From: Deltaproteobacteria bacterium
GTDB taxonomy: Bacteria > Myxococcota > Kuafuiibacteriia > Kuafuiibacteriales > Kuafuiibacteriaceae
NCBI GenBank assembly: GCA_040218735.1
Contig: JAVJQW010000022.1
Location: 128,001-192,000 of the forward strand
Direction of reading: 5' to 3'
DNA length: 64,000 bases
The notes beneath the pieces are model-generated. The model had not been told where the DNA came from and ran no database searches. It saw only the letters and a program-made list of their open reading frames with translations. The translations under genes and the position numbers were made by a program. Shown here piece by piece: positions 20,360 to 30,142 of this stretch; position 1 is the first letter of the stretch; the number at the start of each line of letters is the position of its first letter.

Positions 20360-22297
20360 ATGGGCAGCGGAGACAACTCCGGCCGGGACGCCGGCCGTCG
20401 TCAGGGTCGGAACACGACCTTCGAGGCGGAGGCGTACAAGTCCGACGATCTGCCCCCGATCCAGCCGTCCGATCTGATCGACCCCGAGGTGACCGGCCAC
20501 GCGATGGTCGACGAGCAGATCGACGGGTACCACCAGCCCACCGCGATGTTCGACAAGGGCGAGTTCCTGGGGGAGCTCGCGCAGATCGTGGACGGGGCGC
20601 CCGAGACCCGGGCGCGGGTGGAGGCCGAGGAGGCCCCCCCGATGGGGTGCCGGCTGATCATCGTGGCGGGGCCGGACCTCGGGATGGAGTGGGCGTTCAA
20701 GACGCCCGAGATCGTCCTGGGGCGCGACGAGGACTGCGACCTGATGATGTCGGACATCGCGGTCTCCCGGCGCCACGCGAAGCTGGCGCTGGAGGGCGAT
20801 CACTTCGTCCTGCACGACCTCGGCAGCGGGAACGGCACCTACCTGAACGGGGCGCGCATCGAGCGCGAGGAGCTGTCCCCCGGCGACGAGATCACGGTCG
20901 GCGAGCGGACCCTGCGGTTCGTGGAGCTGAACGAGGCCCCGCCCACGGCGGCGGCGCACCCGGTGCCCAAGGACCTCCCGCAGGAGCCGTCCGTCGGGGA
21001 GCCGGCGGTCGACGACGAGGGGTTCGCGCCGCTGACGGGGCGGTCGGCGGTCGCGGTCGACGCGGCGGAGCCGGCGGTGGAGGTGGCGCCGGATCTCGAC
21101 GGGGCGCCGCCGTCCGACGTCCCGGCGCCGGGCGCTGCGCTGAAGCGGTTCGTGCGGATCGGCGGCGTGGTCGTGTTGCTGCTGGCGCTCGGCCTCGGCG
21201 GCTGGCTCGCGTACGACATGTACCAAGCCGGTGAGACGGAGGCGATGGCGCTCGCGCGTGCGAAGCGCGAGTTCCTGCAGGGCATCGAGCTGGTGAAGGC
21301 GAAGCGCTGCGGTGACGCCAACGTCCTGTTCCGTCGGGTGCTCGAGGTGCGCCAAGGGTACGCGCCAGCCGAGCGCTACCTCGTGCACTGCACGAAGGAG
21401 CTGTCGCAGTGGAACGAGCTGGAGGCGGCGCGGCTGCTCGCGCAGGACGGGCAGTACGCGGAGGCGATCGAGGCGCTCGAGAAGGTCGACCCGGACAGCG
21501 TCTACTCGTCGGACGCGCAGGACCGAAAGAAGAAGTACCAGCGCGTGCTCGCGGAGCGCACCGTGATGCGGGGGCGCGACGCGCTCGATCGCGGTGACTT
21601 CGACGCGGCGGACGAGCTCGCGGACCGCGCGCTGGATCAGTTCCCGGGGCTTCGGAGCGCGCTGCTGTTGAAGCAGGAGATCGAGGAGGCGCGCGCGGGC
21701 GCGAAGCCGAAGCCGCGTCCGAAGAAGAAGTTCACGATTCCGCCGATCCTCCTGCGCGCGGTCGCCCTCTACAAAAACGCGCAGATCAGCGCGGCGATCG
21801 ACGCGGCCGAAGCGGCGGGCGGCGACGAGGCGCGCGAGTACGCGCAGCGCATGAAGGAGCTGAAGACCTTGATGACGCGGGCGCGCGAGGCGCACCGCAA
21901 CAAGGCGGCCGCGGAGCTGCTGCGCATCGCGCCGCAGGCGCTGGACCTCGACAAACGGGTGGCCGGCGGCGAGGGCAAGGTGCGGCAGCGCCTGAAGAGC
22001 TACTACGCCGACGGGCTCTACCTGAAGGGGATCGAGGCGTACCAGGGCGGCGACGACGTGAAGGCGTTTCAGCTCCTGACGGAGGCCGTTCGCGCGAAGC
22101 CCGGGCACCGACTCGCGGAGACGCGGCTCGCCGAGCTCAACGGGAAGGCGCGGCAGATCTTCTGGGACGGGTACGTGCTGAAGGACTCCGATCCCGCGAA
22201 GACGCGACGGATCTTCTTGCGCCTCACGAGGATGACGCGCGCGTCGAACGAGTGGCACAAACGCGCGAAGCGCTGGTTGGCCGCGAATCCCGGATAG
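20360..22297 (+). CDS. FHA-domain membrane protein with C-terminal TPR repeats
   Basis: FHA motifs LGR, SRRHA, DLGSGNGTYLNG; Pro-rich linker; one TM helix; helical repeats. Confidence 0.88.
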   Translation: MGSGDNSGRDAGRRQGRNTTFEAEAYKSDDLPPIQPSDLIDPEVTGHAMVDEQIDGYHQPTAMFDKGEFLGELAQIVDGAPETRARVEAEEAPPMGCRLIIVAGPDLGMEWAFKTPEIVLGRDEDCDLMMSDIAVSRRHAKLALEGDHFVLHDLGSGNGTYLNGARIEREELSPGDEITVGERTLRFVELNEAPPTAAAHPVPKDLPQEPSVGEPAVDDEGFAPLTGRSAVAVDAAEPAVEVAPDLDGAPPSDVPAPGAALKRFVRIGGVVVLLLALGLGGWLAYDMYQAGETEAMALARAKREFLQGIELVKAKRCGDANVLFRRVLEVRQGYAPAERYLVHCTKELSQWNELEAARLLAQDGQYAEAIEALEKVDPDSVYSSDAQDRKKKYQRVLAERTVMRGRDALDRGDFDAADELADRALDQFPGLRSALLLKQEIEEARAGAKPKPRPKKKFTIPPILLRAVALYKNAQISAAIDAAEAAGGDEAREYAQRMKELKTLMTRAREAHRNKAAAELLRIAPQALDLDKRVAGGEGKVRQRLKSYYADGLYLKGIEAYQGGDDVKAFQLLTEAVRAKPGHRLAETRLAELNGKARQIFWDGYVLKDSDPAKTRRIFLRLTRMTRASNEWHKRAKRWLAANPG

Positions 22298-22347
22298 CGT
22301 CGGTTCGCTTTGCCGCGGTCGAGCGCATGGGTTAGGACTCCGCGTCC

Positions 22348-25065
22348 ATGCAGCGCATCGCGGCCACGCTCGAGCGCGCACGTGCGCTGAACACGGACGT
22401 CGAGCAAGGGCTCGACGACCAGGCGGTACGGGCGAGCCGGGCGGCACACGGGGCGAATCGCGTCCCCGAGGTGCCGCCGAAGCCGGTCTGGAAGATGTTC
22501 CAGGAGGCCCTCGCCGACAAGACGCTGCTCATTCTGATCGGCGCGGCGGTCTTGTCGCTGGGCGTTGAGCTGCTGCAGGCGCGCCTCGACCCGGCCTACG
22601 CGCCGCACTACATCGACGGGATCGCGATCCTCCTCGCGGTGCTGATCGCGTCGCTCGTCACCACGGTGAACGAGGCCGGCGCGGCGAAGCAGTTCTCGGA
22701 GCTCAACAAGATCCGTGACGACATCGAGGTGAAGGTCCTGCGGGCCGGGCACGTGAAGAAGGTGTCGATCCACGACCTCGTCGTCGGGGACGTCGTGTAC
22801 TTCGACGCGGGCGACAAACTCCCGGCGGACGGGTTGCTCCTGTCGGGGGCGGACGTCGCGATCGACCAGTCGACGCTCACGGGTGAGTCCGTCCCGGTCG
22901 ACAAGGACGCCGAGGACCCGCAGCTCAAGGGCGGGACGACGGTGACCGGTGGCTCCGGGTGCATGTTGATCGAGGCGGTCGGTGAGCAGTCGGAGATCGG
23001 CAAGCTCCAGCGTGCGCTCACCGACGACGAGGACGCCCCGACGCCTCTGCAGGAGCGCCTCGCGGTGCTGGCGGATCGCATCGGGTACTTCGGGTTGGGC
23101 GCGGCGATCCTCACGTTCGCGGCGCTGTCGATCTCGGCCGGAGTGCGGGGCGAGATGCCGGTCGCGATGACGCTCGAGACCGCGCGGCACCTGCTGACGT
23201 TCCTGATCGTCGCGGTGACGATCATCGTGGTCGCCGTGCCGGAGGGGCTGCCGCTCGCGGTGACGATCTCACTCGCCTACAGCGTCAAGAAGATGGCGCG
23301 CGACAACAACCTCGTCCGCAAGCTCGCGAGCTGCGAGACGATGGGCGCCGCGACGGTGGTGTGCTCCGACAAGACGGGCACGCTCACGAAGAACCGCATG
23401 AGCGTGGTGGCCGGGCACGTCGCCGGTCATTCGTTCGAGGAGGCCCCCACGAAGGACGCGCTGGGCGACGCGGCGCAGGCGTTCGCGGACGTCGCGGCGA
23501 TCGACGCGACGGCGTTCCTCGAGCGGGACGACGCGGGCCACGTCACGTACGTCGGTAACCCGACGGAGTGCGCTTTGCTCGCGCTGATCGAGACGTGGGG
23601 CTTCGACTATCGTGCGCTGCGCGACGCCGCGGATGTCGTTCATCAGCTCGGCTTCACGTCGGATCGGAAGCGCATGTCGACGTTGGTGAAGAGCGGGGAG
23701 GGGCATCGGCTCCTCGTGAAGGGCGCGCCCGAGGTCGTGCTGGAGCGGTCCACGCGGTTCGTCGCGGCGTCGGGCACGGAGCGGCTCGACGACGACCAGC
23801 GCGCGGCCCGCCTCGCGGACGTGGAGCGGTTTTCGTCGCAGGGGCACCGCACACTCGCGCTCGCGTACCGCGACTTCGGCGGGGCGGCGCCCGACGGCGC
23901 AGACGCGCTGGAGTCGGACCTCGTACTGCTCGGCGTCGTCGCGATCGCGGATCCGGTGCGGCCGGAGGTGAAAGAGGCGGTCGCGGAGTGCCGGCGCGCG
24001 GGCGTGGAGGTGAAGATCGTCACCGGCGACAACCCGCTGACCGCGCAGAGCATCGGCACGCAGATCGGTTTGATCGAGGACGGGGACCTGGTGATGGAGG
24101 GCGCCGAGTTCCGCGCGCTCTCGGACGAGGAGGTCGTCGCAAGGCTCCCGAAGCTCCGGGTGCTCGCGCGCTCCGTGCCGACCGACAAACACCGCTTGGT
24201 GTCGCTCCTGAAGGCCAACGGTGAGGTCGTCGCGGTCACCGGGGACGGCACGAACGATGCGCCCGCGCTGAAGGTCGCGGACGTCGGGTTCTCGATGGGG
24301 ATCACCGGGACCGAAGTCGCGAAGGAGGCGAGCGACATCGTGCTGCTCGACGACAACTTCGCGTCGATCGTCGGGGGCATTCAGTGGGGGCGCTCGATCT
24401 TCGAGAACATCCGCAAGTTCCTCCAGTTCCAGCTCACGGTGAACGTCGTCGCGCTCGGGACGGCGTTCCTTGCGGCGGTGCTCGGGTTCGGCATTCCACT
24501 GAATACCGTGCAGCTGCTGTGGGTGAACCTGATCATGGACACCCTCGCGGCGCTCGCGCTCGCGACGGAGCCGCCGACCGAGGAGCTCTTCGAGCAGCCC
24601 CCGCACGGGCGCCACGCGCCGCTCATCACGCGGGCGATGTGGACGTCCATCCTGACGATGGGGCTCGTGATGATCGGCGTGCTCGTCGCGACGATGTGGA
24701 CGGACTGGATCGTCCCGGGCACGACGGCGCACGCGGAGAAGCTCACGTTTGTCTTCAACGCCTTCGTGATGATGCAGCTCTTCAACGAGGTGAACGCACG
24801 CTCCACCCGCTTCGACCGCGGTGTGTTGCGCGGCTTCGCGGACAGCCCGCTGTTCGTCGCGGTGCTCGTGGTGACGTTCGGGCTGCAGATCGTGATCGTG
24901 CAGCTCGGCGGCGACTTCTTCCGCACCGTCCCGCTGTCGATGGACCTGTGGATTCGCAGCGTGGTGGTGGGCGCGTCGACGCTCGTCCTCGGGTTCGTGC
25001 TGCGCGCGGTGCTGCGCAACGCGCCGAAGGCCTGGTACGGAGAGGCAAGCCCGGACGCGACGTGA
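22348..25065 (+). CDS. Calcium-translocating P-type ATPase, PMCA type
   Basis: TGES, VAVPEGLPLAVT, DKTGTLT, KGAPE, TGDGTND, QFQLTVN, QLLWVNLIMDT. Confidence 0.95.
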   Translation: MQRIAATLERARALNTDVEQGLDDQAVRASRAAHGANRVPEVPPKPVWKMFQEALADKTLLILIGAAVLSLGVELLQARLDPAYAPHYIDGIAILLAVLIASLVTTVNEAGAAKQFSELNKIRDDIEVKVLRAGHVKKVSIHDLVVGDVVYFDAGDKLPADGLLLSGADVAIDQSTLTGESVPVDKDAEDPQLKGGTTVTGGSGCMLIEAVGEQSEIGKLQRALTDDEDAPTPLQERLAVLADRIGYFGLGAAILTFAALSISAGVRGEMPVAMTLETARHLLTFLIVAVTIIVVAVPEGLPLAVTISLAYSVKKMARDNNLVRKLASCETMGAATVVCSDKTGTLTKNRMSVVAGHVAGHSFEEAPTKDALGDAAQAFADVAAIDATAFLERDDAGHVTYVGNPTECALLALIETWGFDYRALRDAADVVHQLGFTSDRKRMSTLVKSGEGHRLLVKGAPEVVLERSTRFVAASGTERLDDDQRAARLADVERFSSQGHRTLALAYRDFGGAAPDGADALESDLVLLGVVAIADPVRPEVKEAVAECRRAGVEVKIVTGDNPLTAQSIGTQIGLIEDGDLVMEGAEFRALSDEEVVARLPKLRVLARSVPTDKHRLVSLLKANGEVVAVTGDGTNDAPALKVADVGFSMGITGTEVAKEASDIVLLDDNFASIVGGIQWGRSIFENIRKFLQFQLTVNVVALGTAFLAAVLGFGIPLNTVQLLWVNLIMDTLAALALATEPPTEELFEQPPHGRHAPLITRAMWTSILTMGLVMIGVLVATMWTDWIVPGTTAHAEKLTFVFNAFVMMQLFNEVNARSTRFDRGVLRGFADSPLFVAVLVVTFGLQIVIVQLGGDFFRTVPLSMDLWIRSVVVGASTLVLGFVLRAVLRNAPKAWYGEASPDAT

Positions 25066-25153
25066 TCGCCGTCGTGTCGCAACGAATCCACACGCGTGAA
25101 TCCGGGGCTCGGTCGTTCACCCGATTCGGGCGTCGCCGGGTGCGGTACGGAAC

Positions 25154-26023
25154 GTGCTCTCGTCGAGGCCCGTGCGGACCCGGGCGCTACTCCTCCTGAC
25201 CCTGCTCACGGCCTGCGGCTCCTCCGCGGTGGAGCAGGACGTCACCCTCCGGGTCGTCCGCGGCGGCGAGGTCGTGCACGCCGCCGGCACCATCACCGAA
25301 AACGCGGACTCCGGCGAGCCGATGCTCGCTGCGCGGTTCACGGTGGACGCCGGGCGGACCGCGACGCTCCTCATCGTCGGCGACCCGCCGACGGTCGCGA
25401 TGTACGAGGAGTGGCGCGGCGAGAAGAAGCTCTTCGCGGGCCAGATCCGCGACGAGGAGATCGCCGGCCGCCTCACGCGTGCGGAGATCGGCGCGCGCAT
25501 CCAGTTTGCCTTCATGGCGGTGGATGGCAGCCAGGCGATCAAGATCGAGGGCGCCGCCACCGTCATCGAGGTGCGCGGAGCGCCGCAGCCCGAGGCGAGT
25601 GGGCAGGTCGTCGTGACGTACGACGATGACCCGACCTACGAGGACCCCTACTACGACGACACGACGTACGACGAACCGTCGGGTTGTGAGTCGTACGAGC
25701 CGGAGCCGGAGCCTGAGCCGGAGCCCGAGTACGAAGACGAGACCTGGGAGGACAGCAGCGGCGGCGGCTGCGGCGGCGTCGAGGGCGACACCGTCGAAGA
25801 CGACTGGGACGAGGAAGAGGAGTGGGAGGGCGACGACTGGGAGACGGACGAGTCCTACGAAGGGGACGACTCCGCGGCCGGCTGCGAGGGAGACACCTAC
25901 GAGGCCTCCGTCTCCTACGACCGGCGTCGCACGCGCCGCATCGTCCGCGGTGCGTGGCTGTGGCTCTGGCCGCTCGGCGTCGTCGCGTTCTTCAACCGCC
26001 GCGCGCGCCGCGCTCGTTCCTGA
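25154..26023 (+). CDS. Lipoprotein with acidic low-complexity region and C-terminal membrane anchor
   Basis: Lipobox LTAC; D/E/Y/W-rich tract with GC motifs; hydrophobic segment followed by an Arg-rich tail. Confidence 0.75.
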   Translation: MLSSRPVRTRALLLLTLLTACGSSAVEQDVTLRVVRGGEVVHAAGTITENADSGEPMLAARFTVDAGRTATLLIVGDPPTVAMYEEWRGEKKLFAGQIRDEEIAGRLTRAEIGARIQFAFMAVDGSQAIKIEGAATVIEVRGAPQPEASGQVVVTYDDDPTYEDPYYDDTTYDEPSGCESYEPEPEPEPEPEYEDETWEDSSGGGCGGVEGDTVEDDWDEEEEWEGDDWETDESYEGDDSAAGCEGDTYEASVSYDRRRTRRIVRGAWLWLWPLGVVAFFNRRARRARS

Positions 26024-26083
26024 AACCCCTCGGCGCGACGAGTCCGTCGACGACGCTCCGCGTATCGCGCATCATGCGCCGCG

Positions 26084-26863
26084 ATGCGCCTCGACCGAAC
26101 GCTCCGCGACCGCTGGTCTCGAGAAGACGACGCCTGGACGTTCACCATGCCCGAGGGGTGGGGGCAGGGCCGCTCCGTGTTTGGTGGCTTCACGGCGGCC
26201 GCCGCCGTGGCCCTCGCGCACCGCGACGCGGGTGACGACCGCCGCCTCCGCACCGTCTCGATGCAGCTCATCCGCCCGACGAAGCCCGGCCCGACGAAGG
26301 GGCGGTGCACCGTCGTACGCGAAGGCGCGAACGTTCGCTTCGTCGAGGTGCGCCTCGCGCAGGATGACGCCGACGTCGCCGCGGTGAGCGCCGTGTTCGT
26401 CGCCCCGCGCGCGGGCTCGACCGACGCGCCCCCGCTCCCCGCGTGGGACGGGCCCGACGTCGAGTCGCTCGTCGACCTCCCGTACATCGAAGGCGTCATC
26501 CCCGAGTTCACGCAGCACGTTCAGATGCGCTGGGCCGACGGCCTCCCGCCGTTCTCCAACGGAAAGGAGGCCCGCTTCCGGGGGTACTGCCGCGGACCGT
26601 TCGGCGACGCGGAGGGCCTCGTCGCGCTCCTCGACGTGTGGCCGTCCCCGTCCCTCGCGCTGCTCTCGGGCCCCGCGCCCGCGAGCACGGTGAGCTGGAC
26701 CGCGCACCTGTTGGAGGTGCCTGCGGACTTCGAACGGTGGTTCCGGTTCTCGTACGAGACCGTCGCGGGGCGCGACGGGTTCCACACCAGCGTCGGCGCG
26801 CTGCACGACGCCGACGGTCGACTCGTCGGCTGGACGGAGCAGCTCGTCGCGGTGTTCGGCTGA
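26084..26863 (+). CDS. TesB-like acyl-CoA thioesterase (double hot-dog fold)
   Basis: WGQGRSVFGG, PEFTQH, LLDVWP, ASTVSW, QLVAVFG. Confidence 0.88.
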   Translation: MRLDRTLRDRWSREDDAWTFTMPEGWGQGRSVFGGFTAAAAVALAHRDAGDDRRLRTVSMQLIRPTKPGPTKGRCTVVREGANVRFVEVRLAQDDADVAAVSAVFVAPRAGSTDAPPLPAWDGPDVESLVDLPYIEGVIPEFTQHVQMRWADGLPPFSNGKEARFRGYCRGPFGDAEGLVALLDVWPSPSLALLSGPAPASTVSWTAHLLEVPADFERWFRFSYETVAGRDGFHTSVGALHDADGRLVGWTEQLVAVFG

Positions 26864-26866
26864 GCG

Positions 26867-27649
26867 CTACATCGCCGGCTGCGTCGGCTGCGCCTCGTCC
26901 GGCGGGGTCACGGTGAAGATAACCAGCGAGTGCGCGTCGAGCGAGGTCCACGCGCCGGGGAAGAGCGGCTCGCTCGCGACGACGCGCCCGGAGACCGGGA
27001 CCACGGAGCCCTCCTCCGCGACGATCGTGTACAGCGGCGGCGGCGTCCCGCGCGTGGCGGTGCGGAGCGTCAGGAGCGACGACCCGTCCGTCGCGACGAT
27101 CGCAAACGACGCCGCGGCGCCCGCGCGCGTCGCGAGCTGGGTGACCTTGCCGACGAGCGTCTCCAGCGCGCCCGCCATCGCGTCGGCGTCGGTGCGCCCC
27201 TGCAGGGCGTCGAGCCACGTCGCGAACAACAGCTGCGACGGGCTGCCTCCCGAGGCCGCGGCGAACGCGCCGTCCGAGAGGCCCTCGGTGAGCGGGCGAC
27301 GGAAGACGTCGTCGAAGCGCTCGAGCTCTCCGTCGTGCGCGAACAAAAACGGCGTCGCGGCGAACGGCTGCAGGCCCGACAGCTCCGCGGGGTGCGCGTC
27401 GGCGCGTCGGATCTCGGCGATCGCACACTCGGCGGGGTAACGGCGCGCCGCCTCCAGCGCGTGCCCCTCGCTCCACAGCGGCATCCGCGAGCGCACCCGG
27501 ACCGGGTCGGGGTGGCCGTCCAGGGGGAACCATCCGAGCCCGAACCCGTCCGCGAACTCCGCCGCCTGCCGCACGAGCGCGTACGATCCGCCCTCCAGCA
27601 ACGTGGCGGGGCTCATCTGAGGTCCGAGGTAGGCAGCGATTCGACCCAT
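26867..27649 (-). CDS. Class II glutamine amidotransferase / EgtC-like protein lacking the N-terminal Cys
   Basis: MGRIAAYLG, ADGFGLGW, QPF, FAHDG, VVASEPL. Confidence 0.75.
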   Translation of the reverse strand: MGRIAAYLGPQMSPATLLEGGSYALVRQAAEFADGFGLGWFPLDGHPDPVRVRSRMPLWSEGHALEAARRYPAECAIAEIRRADAHPAELSGLQPFAATPFLFAHDGELERFDDVFRRPLTEGLSDGAFAAASGGSPSQLLFATWLDALQGRTDADAMAGALETLVGKVTQLATRAGAAASFAIVATDGSSLLTLRTATRGTPPPLYTIVAEEGSVVPVSGRVVASEPLFPGAWTSLDAHSLVIFTVTPPDEAQPTQPAM

Positions 27650-27697
27650 GGCGCAGCTTCCATACCGGATGCTCCGCCCGCAGTCACTGCGCGAGCG

Positions 27698-29158
27698 TCA
27701 ATCGGGTTCGGCGATGACACTCACCGCGCCGTCGTCGGCGTGCAGAACGTAAGCCCGCCGCATGTCACTGATCGCGATGGCGCCGAGTCGCAACGACGGC
27801 AGCCGCACCGTCGACTGCACGCGAGGTCGCATCACCGGTCCACGGTCGATGAACGCCACCCGCCCCGCCGAGCTCGACAGCACGACGCGATCCGTTGCGA
27901 GGTCGTAGGCGAGGTCCGAGAGCTGCTCGACCTCCGGCACACCGACACGCCGCACCGCGGTCTCGTTCGTCGCCGCCGCGTCGTACTCGAAGTAGCAGTG
28001 CCGCTCGCGCGCCGCGCCCATGTAACACGCGCCGAGGAAACCGAGGGTCTGCCGCTCGATCTGCACGAGGCGCGTCGGCACGATGCTGCCCAGCGACAAC
28101 CCATCCGCGCGCGACAGGTCGGTCAGCAGCGCCATCGTCATCGTCGCGGTCACCGAGAACAGCGACGATGAACCTTCGGCGGTCGCGGCCGCGATCGCGG
28201 TCGTCGTGTCCAACGCCGCGAGGCTCGTGATGCGCTCCGCCTGCGTGCGCGGCGCGTCGCGCGGCGTGAGCGTCGCGGCCTCGTAGACGATCAGCGCGCT
28301 CGTCGCGCCCTCCGTCACCGCGACGAGCACACCTTCGCTCGTCACCGCCATCGCGTCGGGGGCGCTCGGGAGCGTCGCGCGGTACTGCACGGCGTTGTCG
28401 TTGGTCTCGACGCGGACGAGCTCGTTGCCGGCCACGAACACCGCCGCGCCGCCCGGGGCCGCCGCGATGAACCGCGCCCCCGGGACGCTCACCATCGTGT
28501 CGACCGCCGTGTTCCCGTTCGGGTCGATGCGGTAGACGGAGCTCTCCACGAGGACCCAGACCGACCCCGCCGCGAACACGGCGTCCGACGCGCTGGCGCC
28601 CTGGCGCAGCGTGACCTCGGCTTCCTTCTTCGTGTTGGGGTCGACGCCGTCGACGAGCTCCAGGTACAGGCCGGTGTGCTCGGTGTCGAAGCGCTCCTCG
28701 CACGAGCTGCTGTGACAGGCGAGCATTGCGTAGGTCGGTGAGAAGTCGACGGCGCGCGGGTAGAGCCCGCCGCGACAGCACACGGGCTCCCGAGAGAGGC
28801 GACCGCCGCCGCTGCGCTTCACGACGAGCGTGATGCTCGGCTCGTAGTCGTTCTCGACCGCGGGGTCCGCGCCGACGAAGCCCTGCCACTCGCGGGGGTT
28901 CGCCGATGCGTCCGTTGCGTCGTGGTAGATGCCGATGGCGCACTCGTCCTGCTCGACGAACACGTTGCGCGCGACGCCCTGGTCGAGGTCCGCGAAGACG
29001 AACCAGTCCTGCGCGAAGTTCATCGGGAAGGGCGGGTCGCAGTTGTCACCCACCGCCGGCGGCGGGCCGATCAGGTTCGGATCCGCGTACTCGGGATCAC
29101 CGGGGCCGGCACAGCCCGCGAGCATCGCGAGCGTCGCGGCCCCGATCGTCCAGCGCAT
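27698..29158 (-). CDS. Hypothetical lipoprotein with probable beta-propeller C-terminus
   Basis: Lipobox LAGC; Cys-containing N-domain; repeated short beta-strand blades. Confidence 0.72.
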   Translation of the reverse strand: MRWTIGAATLAMLAGCAGPGDPEYADPNLIGPPPAVGDNCDPPFPMNFAQDWFVFADLDQGVARNVFVEQDECAIGIYHDATDASANPREWQGFVGADPAVENDYEPSITLVVKRSGGGRLSREPVCCRGGLYPRAVDFSPTYAMLACHSSSCEERFDTEHTGLYLELVDGVDPNTKKEAEVTLRQGASASDAVFAAGSVWVLVESSVYRIDPNGNTAVDTMVSVPGARFIAAAPGGAAVFVAGNELVRVETNDNAVQYRATLPSAPDAMAVTSEGVLVAVTEGATSALIVYEAATLTPRDAPRTQAERITSLAALDTTTAIAAATAEGSSSLFSVTATMTMALLTDLSRADGLSLGSIVPTRLVQIERQTLGFLGACYMGAARERHCYFEYDAAATNETAVRRVGVPEVEQLSDLAYDLATDRVVLSSSAGRVAFIDRGPVMRPRVQSTVRLPSLRLGAIAISDMRRAYVLHADDGAVSVIAEPD

Positions 29159-29161
29159 GGC

Positions 29162-30031
29162 TCAATCGTCTTGCACGAGTGAGATCGAATCGCCAGCCGC
29201 AGCCGACGCACGGGCGGGCTCGCGGCGGGGTTTCTCGGAGGGGATGTCCTCGTCGTCTTCCTCGATCTCGGCGTCCACCGCGTCCTCGACGTCGTCGAGC
29301 GCGTCCATCTCGCCGCTCGTGAGCGCGGCGCGTTCGCCGGCTTCGAGCATGCCCATGTCGTTCATCTTCGCCTTCAGCGCGGCGAGGTCGTCCGACAGCG
29401 GACCGGCCTCGAGCATGTCGATCTCGGACGCGAGGTCGCGGTCTTCGTGCCCGCTCGCGTACGCCGCGAGCTCCCACGTCGCCTCCGCCTCTGCCTCCGC
29501 GCGCTCCACGCGTGCCTCGAGTCGTTCGAGTCGTTCGCTCGCGCTGTTCTCCGACACCGCCGAAAGGGTGGAGGCGATGTGGCGCTGCGCCTCGGCACGC
29601 TTCGCGCGCGCGAGGAGGAGCGAGCGCTTGCGCTTGGTCTCTTGGAGCTTCGCCGTCAGCTCGGACAGTGCAGTGTTCAGCTCCTGCACGGCCTTCTTCT
29701 GGCCTTCGAGTTGATCTTCGAACTGCGCCGCCGCAGCGATGTTCTCCTTCTTGCGCGCGAGCGCTTCGACCGCGAGATCGTCGCGCCCCGCCCGCACCGC
29801 GGACATCGCCTTCTTCTCCCAGTCCTCGGCCTTCGCCTGGTGCCGCTCGTACTGCTTCGAAAGACGCTTCTCGTCGGCGATCGACATCGCGACGCGACTC
29901 TTCGCCTCGATGATCTGCTTCTGCATCTCCTGGATGGCGGCGTTCAGCATCTTCTCCGGGTCTTCGGCCTTCGAAATCAGGTCGTTGATGTTCGACCGGA
30001 GGAGGTCGCTGATTCGCTGAAAGAGCCCCAT
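29162..30031 (-). CDS. pspA: PspA/IM30 family protein
   Basis: MGLFQRISDLLRSNINDLISKAEDPEKML, coiled coil, DDLAVEAL; start moved to ATG 30031. Confidence 0.92.
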   Translation of the reverse strand: MGLFQRISDLLRSNINDLISKAEDPEKMLNAAIQEMQKQIIEAKSRVAMSIADEKRLSKQYERHQAKAEDWEKKAMSAVRAGRDDLAVEALARKKENIAAAAQFEDQLEGQKKAVQELNTALSELTAKLQETKRKRSLLLARAKRAEAQRHIASTLSAVSENSASERLERLEARVERAEAEAEATWELAAYASGHEDRDLASEIDMLEAGPLSDDLAALKAKMNDMGMLEAGERAALTSGEMDALDDVEDAVDAEIEEDDEDIPSEKPRREPARASAAAGDSISLVQDD

Positions 30032-30142
30032 GTTCGCTCGACCCATTGTAGCACCGCGGCGAGGGCTTCGCGCCCCTCCCCATACCCTTCTACGAACTTG
30101 CAACGGCCGAGGGCGCGTCGGTGTTCCGATACGTGCTCGCCG

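Noticed and set aside
25690-25730. GAGCCG hexamer repeats
   Set aside because: They simply encode the EPEPEP linker of the acidic lipoprotein.
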